Positions 32,160 through 42,815 of a stretch of 64,000 bases of DNA are shown here, one piece after another. The DNA is from a virus. The position numbers and the translations under genes are program-made. The notes beneath the pieces were generated by a model. It saw only the letters and a list, made by a program, of their open reading frames with translations, made no database searches and was not told the origin of the DNA. Within the stretch, counting starts at the first letter, position 1. Every line of letters begins with the position of its first letter. The stretch covers positions 30,784-94,783 of IMG/VR virus record IMGVR_UViG_3300031787_009175, one strand, 5' to 3'.

Positions 32160-32776
32160 TGGATATTTCACAACAACTTAAAGATTTAGAAAAATCTCTC
32201 AAAAGTTTACAAGAAGATTTGGGAGTATCGGACGATGAATCATTGAATATGACGGATGTCGAGTATGATTTCATAAAAAGTAATTATGGGATTGACATCA
32301 AACAACTTGATGAAGAACTAATGAATCCGAAAACATTGATGGATTTAAAATATCAAACAATAAGTAAAGATGCTACTATACCGAAGTATAACTATGGCTC
32401 CGATTCAGGATTTGACTTACATTCAACCGAAGAAATAACAATAGATGGATTTGGCAGAGCTCTTATTCCAACAGGATTGAGATTTGATATTAAAGATGGT
32501 TATGAAATCCAAGTAAGAACCAAAAGTGGTTTAGCTATCAATCAAGGTTTAATGGTTTTGAATTCACCCGGTACTGTAGATAGTGGATATAACGGAGAAG
32601 TTAAGGTTATAATTTTTAATACAAATAAAGAACCTTTTACAATCACAAAAGGAATGAAAGTAGCACAAGCAGTTTTATGTCCCGTTGTTAATGGAAATTG
32701 GGTTGATTTAATTAAAGTTGAAGAAATAAAAGAAAAAGATAGAAATGCAAACGGTTTTGGTTCAACTGGACTCTAA
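32159..32776 (+). CDS. dut: Trimeric dUTPase with N-terminal extension
   Basis: SGFDL, RTKSGLA, GTVDSGYNGE, AQAV, RNANGFGSTG. Confidence 0.95.
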   Translation: MDISQQLKDLEKSLKSLQEDLGVSDDESLNMTDVEYDFIKSNYGIDIKQLDEELMNPKTLMDLKYQTISKDATIPKYNYGSDSGFDLHSTEEITIDGFGRALIPTGLRFDIKDGYEIQVRTKSGLAINQGLMVLNSPGTVDSGYNGEVKVIIFNTNKEPFTITKGMKVAQAVLCPVVNGNWVDLIKVEEIKEKDRNANGFGSTGL

Positions 32777-32777
32777 T

Positions 32778-33152
32778 GTGAGTCCCGAATTAGCTTTCGG
32801 ATTAAAAAATTATTTAATTGACATTGATGGGACAATAACAGAAGATGTTCCAAATGAACAACCTGAACGTATGTCAATTGTTGAACCATTTGAGGGTTCA
32901 GTAGAAACAATAAATGAATGGTATAATGAAGGTCACGTAATAACATTTTTTACATCAAGAACTGATGAACACGAATTGGTAACAAAACAGTGGTTAGATA
33001 AGTGGAATTTTAAATACCATAATATTATATTTAACAAACCAAGAGGAGGAAACTACCATTGGATTGATAACCATATTGTAAGGGCAACTCGTTATAACGG
33101 CAGGTGGTCCAAATTGGTAAACAAAACCCATAATATTGAAGTATTCGAATAA
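32778..33152 (+). CDS. Small HAD-family phosphatase (Bacteroidota-type)
   Basis: IDIDGT, FFTSR, KPRGG, WIDN; probable GTG start at 32778. Confidence 0.75.
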   Translation: MSPELAFGLKNYLIDIDGTITEDVPNEQPERMSIVEPFEGSVETINEWYNEGHVITFFTSRTDEHELVTKQWLDKWNFKYHNIIFNKPRGGNYHWIDNHIVRATRYNGRWSKLVNKTHNIEVFE

Positions 33153-34651
33153 TGATAACAATTGGATATAGCACAAGAACCTCAAATCCAACTCTACGAG
33201 AATACTTTAAAAAAACTTGTGGAATAAAAGATGTTGAGGTTATTGAAGTAATTAATAACGGTGAAAAATCTTTGGCTCAAGCCTACAATCAAATTATTGA
33301 TAGTTCATCAAATAATATTTTGGTTTTATGTCACGATGATATAAAATTAGAAACAGGTTGGGGGAAAAAACTATTAAAGGATTTCGAAGAAAATCCTGAC
33401 TACTCTATAATAGGAAAAGCGGGTTCATGTTATTTTCCTGAGTCTGGTGTTTATTGGGAAAAGATGAATCAAACTATGGTAGGTCAGGTTTATCACCACC
33501 CTGATGGACAAAAAAAATGGTTAAGTAAGTATTCGCCAAAATTACCATTTTTGATTCCTGTTGTCACAATTGATGGATTATTTATTAGTTTCGATAAAAC
33601 CAAAATAAAACATAAATTCGATGAAACAATTGGAAAGTTTCACTTTTACGACCACGGATTTTGTATTCCTAATTATTTAGATGGCGTTAAAATTGGGGTA
33701 ACATCATCATTTGAAATTACGCACCAATCTGTTGGTCAACCAAATGAAGAATTTTGGATTAGTAAAAATCAGTTTTTACAAAAGTGGGGTAGTAAGTTAC
33801 CATTGGACTTAAAACCTGAAAAAGTTTTTATCCCTGAAATCAAAGAAAAATTATCTAATAAGTTTGGTAAAGTTGCGGTCATTATACCCAATAAGAGTAA
33901 TAATGAGTTACTGCTAGATTGTATTAATTCGTTTTATACAAATTGCAACCCTGAATTATTTAAAATATTCATTGCAGATACTGGCTCAACGGATGAAGAA
34001 AAAGAATGGATAAAAAAAAACATTCTAACTCTTGGTAACATAGAATTTATTGAATATGACTATTATAATTTCGCCAAAATAAATAACGATGTTGTAAAAA
34101 ATTATGTAACTAAAGAATACGAATATATTTTGTTTTGTAATAATGACATAAAATTGTTGAACAACGTATTATTTGAAATGATTAAAACGTTCAAGACTTA
34201 TCCTAATTGTGGTACGGTAGGTGCCAGATTAATGTATCCTGATAATACAGTACAACACGATGGATTATTTCTTTATCTAAAAAAGGACAACAAACAAATT
34301 GTATCGACACATAAAAATCAATTTAATTACTACAACTATTCTTCGGGTTTGAATAGTGTAATTGGGAACACGGCGGCTTTAATGATGGTAACAAAAAACG
34401 CTTTCATCAAAGCCGGCATGTTCAATGAAAAATACAGACATTGTTTTGAAGATGTGGAATTAAATATCAAATTGAAGTCCATAGGTTTGAAAAACTTTAC
34501 CAACTCAAACTGTGTTGCTTACCATATAGAGTCGAAAACAAGGGACGTAAAATTAAATAACTATGAAATGATTGAGGATTACAATAATATTTTTGTTCCT
34601 ACATTTAAATCAATATTTGAAAAAATTAAAAACGAAGTATTCGTATTATGA
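33152..34651 (+). CDS. Two-domain GT2-like glycosyltransferase
   Basis: LCHDD/TIDG/FHFYD domain plus VIIP...NFAKINN...NNDI...FEDVEL domain. Confidence 0.85.
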   Translation: MITIGYSTRTSNPTLREYFKKTCGIKDVEVIEVINNGEKSLAQAYNQIIDSSSNNILVLCHDDIKLETGWGKKLLKDFEENPDYSIIGKAGSCYFPESGVYWEKMNQTMVGQVYHHPDGQKKWLSKYSPKLPFLIPVVTIDGLFISFDKTKIKHKFDETIGKFHFYDHGFCIPNYLDGVKIGVTSSFEITHQSVGQPNEEFWISKNQFLQKWGSKLPLDLKPEKVFIPEIKEKLSNKFGKVAVIIPNKSNNELLLDCINSFYTNCNPELFKIFIADTGSTDEEKEWIKKNILTLGNIEFIEYDYYNFAKINNDVVKNYVTKEYEYILFCNNDIKLLNNVLFEMIKTFKTYPNCGTVGARLMYPDNTVQHDGLFLYLKKDNKQIVSTHKNQFNYYNYSSGLNSVIGNTAALMMVTKNAFIKAGMFNEKYRHCFEDVELNIKLKSIGLKNFTNSNCVAYHIESKTRDVKLNNYEMIEDYNNIFVPTFKSIFEKIKNEVFVL

Positions 34652-35397
34652 CAACTGAGACATTCATTTTTGTACACGACCAAGATATAATAATAAATTA
34701 TATCAACGCCAAGAAATATTCCAATTTAGAAAATGTAAAATTCGTTTTCTTAGGTAAAAATCCTATCGATAAAATAAAAAATATAGATAATGTTATTATT
34801 TGCAGAAATTTACCAATAAACATAGAACGATATCCTAAGTTTACATCATTAACAGGATGGTATGCTTTGTGGAAAAACAACCTGATATCTTCAGACTATA
34901 TAAATTTATTCGAGTACGATACAATTATATCTAAAGAATTTACAGAAAAACAAAGTGAAATCTTAAAAGATAAACCTGATTTTGTTGGGTATATACCAAA
35001 ACCTATCACAATGCCAGATTACGTGTCAAATTTTATGTGGGTTCAAGATATTATGCCATCAATTAAAAAACATTATAATGTTAACATTTTTGATTTGATT
35101 GATAATATAAAGGTTCAGAATCCTCAAGAAGTTTGGAGTTGTACTAGTAACTCAACTTTTTCTAAAAAAACTTTTGAGGAGTATATGACGTGGTTCGAAA
35201 AATTAATTGAAGATTTGAAAGGAAGTACAACCTGCGGTCATGCTCATGAAAGGTCAATAAGTTTCTTTTACTTTATACATAAAAAAATTGTGAGGATGTT
35301 GCCAGGTCTGATAACTCATTTTCAGTTAGACTCACACAAAACACAAGGACATCCTGTAGACTTTAGTAAGTCTATGGAAATATTAATTCAAAATTAA
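34648..35397 (+). CDS. Putative glycosyltransferase (distantly DUF4422-like)
   Basis: WYALWKN, YINLFEYD, HAHER; operon context. Confidence 0.45.
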   Translation: MTTETFIFVHDQDIIINYINAKKYSNLENVKFVFLGKNPIDKIKNIDNVIICRNLPINIERYPKFTSLTGWYALWKNNLISSDYINLFEYDTIISKEFTEKQSEILKDKPDFVGYIPKPITMPDYVSNFMWVQDIMPSIKKHYNVNIFDLIDNIKVQNPQEVWSCTSNSTFSKKTFEEYMTWFEKLIEDLKGSTTCGHAHERSISFFYFIHKKIVRMLPGLITHFQLDSHKTQGHPVDFSKSMEILIQN

Positions 35398-35403
35398 AAA
35401 ATT

Positions 35404-36069
35404 ATGAAATACTTAAGTTTTAGCCTTTGGGGTGACAAACCTATATATAACGTTGGGGCAATAAGAAATGCCGAGTTATGGAAGGTAATATATTACGATT
35501 GGCAGATGGTAGTTTATTATGACGAAACAACACCAGTGGACACAATAAATAAACTGAATGATTTGGGTGTTATGACAATAGATGTTACTGAAAAGAATCT
35601 CTATGGTATGTTTTGGAGATTTTTTGCGGTCGGTTTACCAAACTCAGAATATTGTGTATTCAGAGACACCGATTCAAGAATCACAATGAGGGAAAAATTG
35701 GCAGTTGATGAGTGGATTAATAGTAAAAAAACACTTCATGTAATGAGAGACCATCCGGCTCACTACATACCATATGGTAATGACAGATTAGGAATCTTAG
35801 GTGGAATGTGGGGAATAAAGTCAGATAAAGTTCATTTAACGGATATGATTGAGGAATTTAGAAAAGACAAAGATTTAACCTACGGCTCCGACCAAACTTT
35901 TTTGAGAGATATATATTCAATGTTCGAAAATGACAGGAAAACGCATGATGATTTTTTCGAAAAAAAACCCTTTCCTATCGCAAGAGAATATGGTAGATTT
36001 GTTGGGGATAGGATTGATGAAAACGATAAACCAGTCGGTGAAGATTATAAATACGTTTTAAATAAATAA
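35404..36069 (+). CDS. Putative GT-A-like glycosyltransferase
   Basis: SFSLWG, GMFWRF, RDTDSR (DxD), MRDHP, GGMWG, DQTFL. Confidence 0.55.
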   Translation: MKYLSFSLWGDKPIYNVGAIRNAELWKVIYYDWQMVVYYDETTPVDTINKLNDLGVMTIDVTEKNLYGMFWRFFAVGLPNSEYCVFRDTDSRITMREKLAVDEWINSKKTLHVMRDHPAHYIPYGNDRLGILGGMWGIKSDKVHLTDMIEEFRKDKDLTYGSDQTFLRDIYSMFENDRKTHDDFFEKKPFPIAREYGRFVGDRIDENDKPVGEDYKYVLNK

Positions 36070-36084
36070 AAATTTAAGATTAAG

Positions 36085-36744
36085 GTGAAATATATATACC
36101 ATCATTTAGGTCTTGGTGACCACATCATTTGTAATGGTCTTGTAAGATATTACAGGAAAATACATCAAGATGTTTCGGTTTTTTGTAAACCACACAATTT
36201 CAATAACGTTGAGTATATGTTCAGGGATGATTCGAATATTAATGTTTTATCTATTGGTGAGGATTACGATGTTCATCAATATATTATAAAAAATAAAATA
36301 CAAAATGACGTTATAACAGTTGGGTTTGAGAAATTAAATATTACACAAACAAACACTTTTGACGAGTCGTTCTATGTTGCAAATAGAATTCCATTTGAAG
36401 TAAGATTTGATTATTTTCATGTTGATAGAGATATGGAAATTGAATTAAAAATAATTCAGAAACTTAATCCAAGTAATGAAAAATACATTTTTACCCATAA
36501 TGTTAATCTTGAGAAGATTAATACCAATTATAAAATTATAGAAAATCCTACCGAATATAATTTATTTAATTTAATTTCTTTAATAGAGAATGCTGAAGAG
36601 GTCCATCTTATGGAATCTAGTTTAAAATGTCTTATTAATAGTTATAAATTTAAAAAACCTATATTTTATTATCATGAATATGTTAGAAATTACACACCGT
36701 ATTATAATACATTAGGACTTAATAAATTCCAAATTATAAAATAA
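36085..36744 (+). CDS. Putative GT-B (GT9-like) glycosyltransferase
   Basis: HLGLGDHII; IENAEEVHLMESS. Confidence 0.5.
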   Translation: MKYIYHHLGLGDHIICNGLVRYYRKIHQDVSVFCKPHNFNNVEYMFRDDSNINVLSIGEDYDVHQYIIKNKIQNDVITVGFEKLNITQTNTFDESFYVANRIPFEVRFDYFHVDRDMEIELKIIQKLNPSNEKYIFTHNVNLEKINTNYKIIENPTEYNLFNLISLIENAEEVHLMESSLKCLINSYKFKKPIFYYHEYVRNYTPYYNTLGLNKFQIIK

Positions 36745-36745
36745 A

Positions 36746-37105
36746 ATGATTAAAATTAGTGTTGATGAAGCGTACGCTTTCGATTATTACACAATTCTAT
36801 GTTTGAAGAAAAAAAACGGTTTAGACGTAGATATAATAATAAAAATTATAGAAGAAGATTTAATAAACCAAATAGGTGTGGATAAATTTAATTTAATAGT
36901 TAACTCTGAAGAATACTCTAACTTGTATAACGCAAACGAAAAAACCTTTTTGGCGGTAGATAAGGCAAAGACTGATGACGTATCAGCAAGTTATGTGGAT
37001 AAATGTAACTACGAAAGAATGACGCACAAACAATTTTTACAAAGTAAATTTTTTTTCAAAAAAATAACAGAAGTTAAATTAGGTTACGAAAAACTTAAAA
37101 AATGA
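36746..37105 (+). CDS. Hypothetical protein found in glycan gene clusters
   Basis: ISVDEAYAFDYYTIL; tightly coupled in the operon. Confidence 0.6.
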   Translation: MIKISVDEAYAFDYYTILCLKKKNGLDVDIIIKIIEEDLINQIGVDKFNLIVNSEEYSNLYNANEKTFLAVDKAKTDDVSASYVDKCNYERMTHKQFLQSKFFFKKITEVKLGYEKLKK

Positions 37106-37896
37106 GAAATAATTTAGTCATAGGAGACACATCACAAATTTCTTATTATTTTCCAGAAAATTTTGTCAAAATCTCTTCAAGAAATATAGATTATAATAAC
37201 TTAACGAAATTTGAGTGGGACAGAATTTTTGTTTGTGTTGGTGAATCAAGAAAATTTATACAAAATATTGAAATTTATAATCAAGTCAACTATGAATTGG
37301 TTTTGAGTATAATAAAGAGGTTTAAGGGGTGTTCTAATAAAATTATAATTTATTCGACTTGTGAGTTATGGAATAAATGTGATGGACCAATATCCATAGA
37401 TATGGATTTTGATTTTTACGAAACACCCTATCTTTTATCAAAATATAAGATAACCAAAAAAATTATAGAAAACCCATCAGAGTTTAGTAATGTTATTTTA
37501 ATATACCCATTTAACTTTAATTCACCATATAGAACAAATGAATTTCTTTTCGGAAAAATCTTTTCATCATTAATAGAGAGAAAAACAATTGAGATTGGTG
37601 ATACATATTTTTACAGAGACTTGATACACCCAAAATTTTTAGTGAATGAATCAATAAATTCTCAAAACCATAAAATAGTTGGTTCTGGCAGAATGGTGTA
37701 CATAAATGATTTCATAAGAGATTTATATTCCAACTTCGACATTAATTATGACGAATACGTTGTAGAAAATAGACAAACATTTATAGAGTATGAAAAAAGA
37801 AAGGAGTTCTATTTAAAGAGTGATAAAGAAGTTTATAATTATAACGAACTTTTGACGGACACACTAAATGATATAAAAAAATATAAAAGAATATGA
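37102..37896 (+). CDS. Divergent NAD-dependent epimerase/dehydratase (extended SDR)
   Basis: YST, YLLSK (YxxxK), FNFNSP, YRDLIH; degenerate Gly-rich motif GDTSQI. Confidence 0.6.
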   Translation: MRNNLVIGDTSQISYYFPENFVKISSRNIDYNNLTKFEWDRIFVCVGESRKFIQNIEIYNQVNYELVLSIIKRFKGCSNKIIIYSTCELWNKCDGPISIDMDFDFYETPYLLSKYKITKKIIENPSEFSNVILIYPFNFNSPYRTNEFLFGKIFSSLIERKTIEIGDTYFYRDLIHPKFLVNESINSQNHKIVGSGRMVYINDFIRDLYSNFDINYDEYVVENRQTFIEYEKRKEFYLKSDKEVYNYNELLTDTLNDIKKYKRI

Positions 37897-38483
37897 ACAC
37901 ACAAGGACAGATAGTTCTTTCATCTGAAAGATGTTCTTTAATTGAAAGAACTATACGAAAATATGACTGCAAAAAAATTGTCGAGATAGGTACATGGAAA
38001 GGAATGGGGTCAACGATTTGCATTTTGAATTCTAAATCAGAAGACTCACAATTCATTACTATAGAAAGTAATAAATCATTTTATGACACCGCTATCGATA
38101 ATTTAAAAAAATACCAAGACAGGTACCAACCCATTTACGGTAGTATAGTTTCGGTTGACGAAATAGAATCCTTCGTATCAAACATAAGTTTAGAACCTCA
38201 CAAACAAGAGTGGTTAAAAGAGGACCTGAATAATACTATGAGTTGTCCAGATGTTTTACAACACATTTTTAACGAAATCGACTTCTTACTCTTAGATGGG
38301 GGAGAGTTTTCAACATATAAAGAATGGTTGAAGTTAAAGGATAGAACAAATATAGTTGCCTTAGATGATATCGTAGAAATTAAAACTAGTAAAATTTATG
38401 GCGAACTTATTGTTGATACCGAATATGAATTAATAGAAAAAACTGATGAGGGTAATGGATTCTGTATATTTAAGAAAAAATAA
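37893..38483 (+). CDS. Class I SAM-dependent methyltransferase
   Basis: IVEIGTWKGMGS; LLLDGG; ALDD. Confidence 0.75.
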   Translation: MNTQGQIVLSSERCSLIERTIRKYDCKKIVEIGTWKGMGSTICILNSKSEDSQFITIESNKSFYDTAIDNLKKYQDRYQPIYGSIVSVDEIESFVSNISLEPHKQEWLKEDLNNTMSCPDVLQHIFNEIDFLLLDGGEFSTYKEWLKLKDRTNIVALDDIVEIKTSKIYGELIVDTEYELIEKTDEGNGFCIFKKK

Positions 38484-38484
38484 C

Positions 38485-39264
38485 ATGGATTTTTTAGAAT
38501 TAAATAAATTTTCTGAATTACACAATGGTAGAGATATTTTCTTTTGTAAAACAGATTTCTTACTAAGTGATTTAAAAGACATAGGTGGTTTAAATAATGA
38601 TGTAATATTAATAAGTGGTAATTCTGACTACCCAATAACTGATGAATATTTAAAAATTTTACCAAATAATGTTATTAGATGGTTTGGTCAGAATATATTA
38701 AGTAATCATGAAATTTTTGAACCAATACCTTTAGGCATAGAAAACAAAATAGATTCTTTTAGACCTGGTCATGGTATTTCTTACTACGAAAGGGTAAATG
38801 AAAAAGAAAATCTTTTGGGGAGAAATTCAAATTTAATTCCGACAAAAAAAATATATGCAAATTTTAAAGTTGACACTAATTACAATCATAGGATTGTTGT
38901 GAGAGATATTTGCAAAAAATCTAACCATATTGATTGGGAGGAACCCAATCTCACCTTAAATGAATTTTTTGACAAAATATTAGACTATGAAATGGTAGTT
39001 TGTCCAATCGGTAATGGTTTAGACACACATAGATTATGGGAAGTTCTATATTCTAACAGAATCCCAATTACGGTAAAAGTCGGTAACTTTAAAATTTATG
39101 AAATGTATGAAAAATTCCCTATAATCTTATTGGACAATATTAACGAATTAGGTGATGAGAATATTTTATCAGTAAAGTATCAAAAAATTAAAGAAAAAAA
39201 ATTTGATAGAACACTTCTTGATTTTGATTTTTGGAAAAATAAAATACTTAATATCGATAAATGA
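38485..39264 (+). CDS. Exostosin (GT47)-like glycosyltransferase
   Basis: CPIGNGLDTHRLWEVLY..RIP. Confidence 0.65.
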   Translation: MDFLELNKFSELHNGRDIFFCKTDFLLSDLKDIGGLNNDVILISGNSDYPITDEYLKILPNNVIRWFGQNILSNHEIFEPIPLGIENKIDSFRPGHGISYYERVNEKENLLGRNSNLIPTKKIYANFKVDTNYNHRIVVRDICKKSNHIDWEEPNLTLNEFFDKILDYEMVVCPIGNGLDTHRLWEVLYSNRIPITVKVGNFKIYEMYEKFPIILLDNINELGDENILSVKYQKIKEKKFDRTLLDFDFWKNKILNIDK

Positions 39265-40013
39265 ATTTAATTTACTACACAATAGGTAACAATATTAACT
39301 ATATTAATATTCTCAATCTTAATATACTAACATTAGAGAAATATTACAATTATAATTTTGAATTATTATTCATTATTGATGAGAGAATTGCAAATGAATT
39401 TGAAACTAACTTAATTACTAAGTTACCATATAAAGTTTTAATATCGACAACAAATTCGATGCGAGACTCTTCTTTAAACAAATTGAAAATATTTAAGTTT
39501 GATGAAATTAAAAATTATAACAAAATAATATATTGCGACTGTGACATATTGTGGTGTGGTGACCCTAACAATATTTTTTCTTTAGTTAACTCTAATAAAA
39601 TTTTGGTCTCAAACGAAAATCACCATGATTTAATTATGACTCATGAATATTGGAGCGGTAATCTATTACATGAAAGTGAGATTTTAGAAATTAAAAAAAT
39701 GGGGCTCAAAGGGTTCAATGGAGGATTTTTCGCTTTTTCATTTGAGTTAATCTCAGTTATTAAAAATATTTTTGAGTTCTGTGTTGAGAATATTGATAGT
39801 ATGAATGAGTGTTTAGAACAACCTTTTATAAACGTATATTTGTTTAGAAATAATTTATTTGATTTAAGTTTAAATAAATTGATTACCCATAATGGTTATA
39901 ATATTGATAAAATAAATGAAGAAACAATTGTCCATTTTGCAGGAGGACCTGGAAATTATTCGTATAAAATGAATAAGATGGTTGATTTCTATGAAAAAAA
40001 TATAAAAAAATGA
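39261..40013 (+). CDS. GT8-like GT-A glycosyltransferase
   Basis: IIYCDCDI, FNGGFF, EQPFIN, VHFAG. Confidence 0.7.
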   Translation: MNLIYYTIGNNINYINILNLNILTLEKYYNYNFELLFIIDERIANEFETNLITKLPYKVLISTTNSMRDSSLNKLKIFKFDEIKNYNKIIYCDCDILWCGDPNNIFSLVNSNKILVSNENHHDLIMTHEYWSGNLLHESEILEIKKMGLKGFNGGFFAFSFELISVIKNIFEFCVENIDSMNECLEQPFINVYLFRNNLFDLSLNKLITHNGYNIDKINEETIVHFAGGPGNYSYKMNKMVDFYEKNIKK

Positions 40014-40552
40014 TTAGGTTTGAAACAAGAGACGATTTAATAGGGACCCTACCAAAAGGGATGATAGTATCTGAAATAGGCGTCTTCAAAGGAGAATTCT
40101 CAGAAAAATTGCTAACAAAGATTAACCCTAAAGAACTACATTTGATTGATATATTTGAGGGTATGGTTCCATCAGGAGATAAAGATGGTAATAATATGGT
40201 TTACGCTGATTTAGGAAATGAGTTTAAATTATTATCTGAAAAATACGATAAAAACCCTATAGTTAAGTTACATAAAGGATTTAGTTACAATGTTCTGATA
40301 AATTTTGAAGACGATTATTTTGATATGATTTACATAGATGGTGACCATTCTTATGAAGGTGTTGCCAAAGATTTGGAATTATCTCGAAATAAAATTAAGA
40401 ATGTCGGATATATTTGCGGGCACGATTACACCATAGATAAATTTCCAGGAGTTGTTAGAGCGGTAAATGAATTTGTGGATAAATACGGGTTAGAAATTCA
40501 ATCAATAACTGAAGATGGATGCCCGTCATTTTGTATACAAAATAAAAAATAA
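40010..40552 (+). CDS. Class I SAM-dependent methyltransferase (Methyltransf_24-like)
   Basis: EIGVFKG, YIDGDHSY, GHDY, GVVRAV. Confidence 0.85.
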   Translation: MIRFETRDDLIGTLPKGMIVSEIGVFKGEFSEKLLTKINPKELHLIDIFEGMVPSGDKDGNNMVYADLGNEFKLLSEKYDKNPIVKLHKGFSYNVLINFEDDYFDMIYIDGDHSYEGVAKDLELSRNKIKNVGYICGHDYTIDKFPGVVRAVNEFVDKYGLEIQSITEDGCPSFCIQNKK

Positions 40553-40569
40553 TCATTAATTTAAAACAA

Positions 40570-41208
40570 ATGACTTTAGGTATCGCAATACCAACCTATG
40601 ATGGACATATGTATAATTTGGAGAATTTACTTTATCAAATATCTAACTCAACGGTAATACCACAACAAGTAAGTGTTAGTATCTCATCTTTAGATTATGA
40701 ATTCGAACCAAAAAAATACCCTTTCGAACTTATTTGTTCAACAACATCCGAGTTCAAAAATGTATCTCAGAACTGTAATATATCGGCTTCAAAATTGTCC
40801 ACTGATATAATATCTTTTTTCGGTGGTGACGATGTTCCACACATTAAAAGAAATGAATATTTAGTTCAATCTTTTGAAAGTGGGTGTGATGCGGTTGTTC
40901 ATAATTACATAATAAATCCTAACAAAAAATTGACGGAATTTAATAGTGATATTGAGCAATTAGATTTTTATCTAGACTATGTCGATACTTCACATAACGA
41001 AAATTATCACCCACACAGTAGTAAAGAAATTAATATTTGTTACGCCGGCGGACCTATATCTGTGAAAAATGAAATTTATCAGAAATATAAATACAATGAA
41101 GATAACTCAATATTCAAAAGAGAAGATGCGTTTTATAATAGTAATTTAATTAAAAATGGTATAAAAATATCTTATATACGAAATCCTCTAATGATTTATA
41201 TACATTAA
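40570..41208 (+). CDS. GT2-like glycosyltransferase
   Basis: IAIPTY, SFFGGDD, RED. Confidence 0.6.
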   Translation: MTLGIAIPTYDGHMYNLENLLYQISNSTVIPQQVSVSISSLDYEFEPKKYPFELICSTTSEFKNVSQNCNISASKLSTDIISFFGGDDVPHIKRNEYLVQSFESGCDAVVHNYIINPNKKLTEFNSDIEQLDFYLDYVDTSHNENYHPHSSKEINICYAGGPISVKNEIYQKYKYNEDNSIFKREDAFYNSNLIKNGIKISYIRNPLMIYIH

Positions 41209-41223
41209 AAAATAAATTAAAAA

Positions 41224-42162
41224 TTGAATAGAATATTAATAACTGGTGGTGCCGGCTTTATAGGGCGCAAATTCGTTGATTACATTTTAAAAACAACGAA
41301 GGCGTATATTATAATTGTTGACAATCTTTATAATAGCACAATTGATAGAATACCTAATAATGAAAGAGTAAATTTCATAAATTGCTCCGTATTAGATGTT
41401 GATAAATATTCTAAATACCTGCAAGAATGTGATTACATATTTCATATGGCTTGCGTTCAAATTTCTAAGTCAAGTTTTGTCCCTCAAATTGATTTGGACA
41501 CTAACGCCACATCAACTCTGAAAATTTTGGAGTATCTTAAAGACAACAAAACAAATTTGAAAAGATTCGTGTACACCTCATCGTGTTCCATATATGGACA
41601 ATCAAAAGAATCACCAATAACTGAAAATACTCCACCTAATATTTCAAGTATATATGCTGCAACAAAGTATCTAGGTGAAAACTATACAAATTTATATCAC
41701 AAACTTTTCGGTATTCCCGTATCAATAATAAGGTATTCAAATGTATACGGCACTGGGCAAATACCTGATGGTAAAATTTGTGGTGTAATAGGTAAATTTA
41801 TATATGAATCAATAAATAAAGAACCTATTACTATTTTTGGAGATGGAGAACACAAAAGAGATTATTCATTCATTGATGATGTATTACTGGCGACATATTT
41901 GGTATCTAAGTCCGAAAATACTTTAGGAGAAACTTATAACGTATCTACCAATACCAATCATTCTGTCAATGATATAGTGAGTATAATTGAATCTAATATT
42001 GGTGAGGTAAAAAAAAGTTATAGAGAACCTAGAATCATAGATAACATCGTTAGTAGATTAATTTCTTATGACAAATTGAAAAGAGACACTGGTTGGACAC
42101 CAAACCACTCAATCCACTCCGGAATAGAAAAAACAATTAACAATTTAAAGTTACAAAAGTGA
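41224..42162 (+). CDS. NDP-sugar epimerase/dehydratase (extended SDR)
   Basis: ITGGAGFIG, YAATK, RYSNVYG, RDYSFIDD. Confidence 0.9.
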   Translation: MNRILITGGAGFIGRKFVDYILKTTKAYIIIVDNLYNSTIDRIPNNERVNFINCSVLDVDKYSKYLQECDYIFHMACVQISKSSFVPQIDLDTNATSTLKILEYLKDNKTNLKRFVYTSSCSIYGQSKESPITENTPPNISSIYAATKYLGENYTNLYHKLFGIPVSIIRYSNVYGTGQIPDGKICGVIGKFIYESINKEPITIFGDGEHKRDYSFIDDVLLATYLVSKSENTLGETYNVSTNTNHSVNDIVSIIESNIGEVKKSYREPRIIDNIVSRLISYDKLKRDTGWTPNHSIHSGIEKTINNLKLQK

Positions 42163-42797
42163 ATCAAAAAATTTTTATAGATATAGTGAAACCTTTTACA
42201 ATGACCTCAATAGAAAGAATTGTTGAGTTATTCAATTCTTTAGAGTATATTAGATTAAATAAAATAGACGGTGATTTTGTTGAATGTGGTGTTTGGAGAG
42301 GAGGTAACATTTTAGGAATCATGGAGTATTTACATTTTTATAATATGACAGATAGACACGTTTGGATTTACGACACATTCCAAGGAATGACACAACCCGA
42401 AGAAATTGATGTGGATTTAAACGATAATAAGGCGTCGACAATACTACAAGAAGTGATTTGTTATTCATCAATTGACGAGGTCAAGAAAAATTTGTCAATT
42501 TCTAGTTTTCCTAATGAGAAAATAAAATATGTGGTTGGAGACGTGTGTGAAACATTGGATGTTAATACAAATATACCAAATAAGATTAGTCTCCTTAGAT
42601 TAGACACTGATTGGTATAAATCAACAAAAAAAGAATTAACCGTTCTGTATCCTAAATTGATTACTCATGGTATTTTAATTGTAGACGACTATGGTCATTG
42701 GAGGGGTTCAAAAACTGCAGTTGATGAATTTTTTTTGAATCAAAATATAAATATTACAGAAATTGATTACACGGGTATTAAAATTGTAAAACCATAA
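42159..42797 (+). CDS. TylF/MycF/NovP-family sugar O-methyltransferase
   Basis: TMTSIER, GDFVECGVWRGG, DTFQGM, LRLDTDWY, DDYGHW. Confidence 0.9.
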   Translation: MNQKIFIDIVKPFTMTSIERIVELFNSLEYIRLNKIDGDFVECGVWRGGNILGIMEYLHFYNMTDRHVWIYDTFQGMTQPEEIDVDLNDNKASTILQEVICYSSIDEVKKNLSISSFPNEKIKYVVGDVCETLDVNTNIPNKISLLRLDTDWYKSTKKELTVLYPKLITHGILIVDDYGHWRGSKTAVDEFFLNQNINITEIDYTGIKIVKP

Positions 42798-42815
42798 ATA
42801 AAATATAATCTCATA

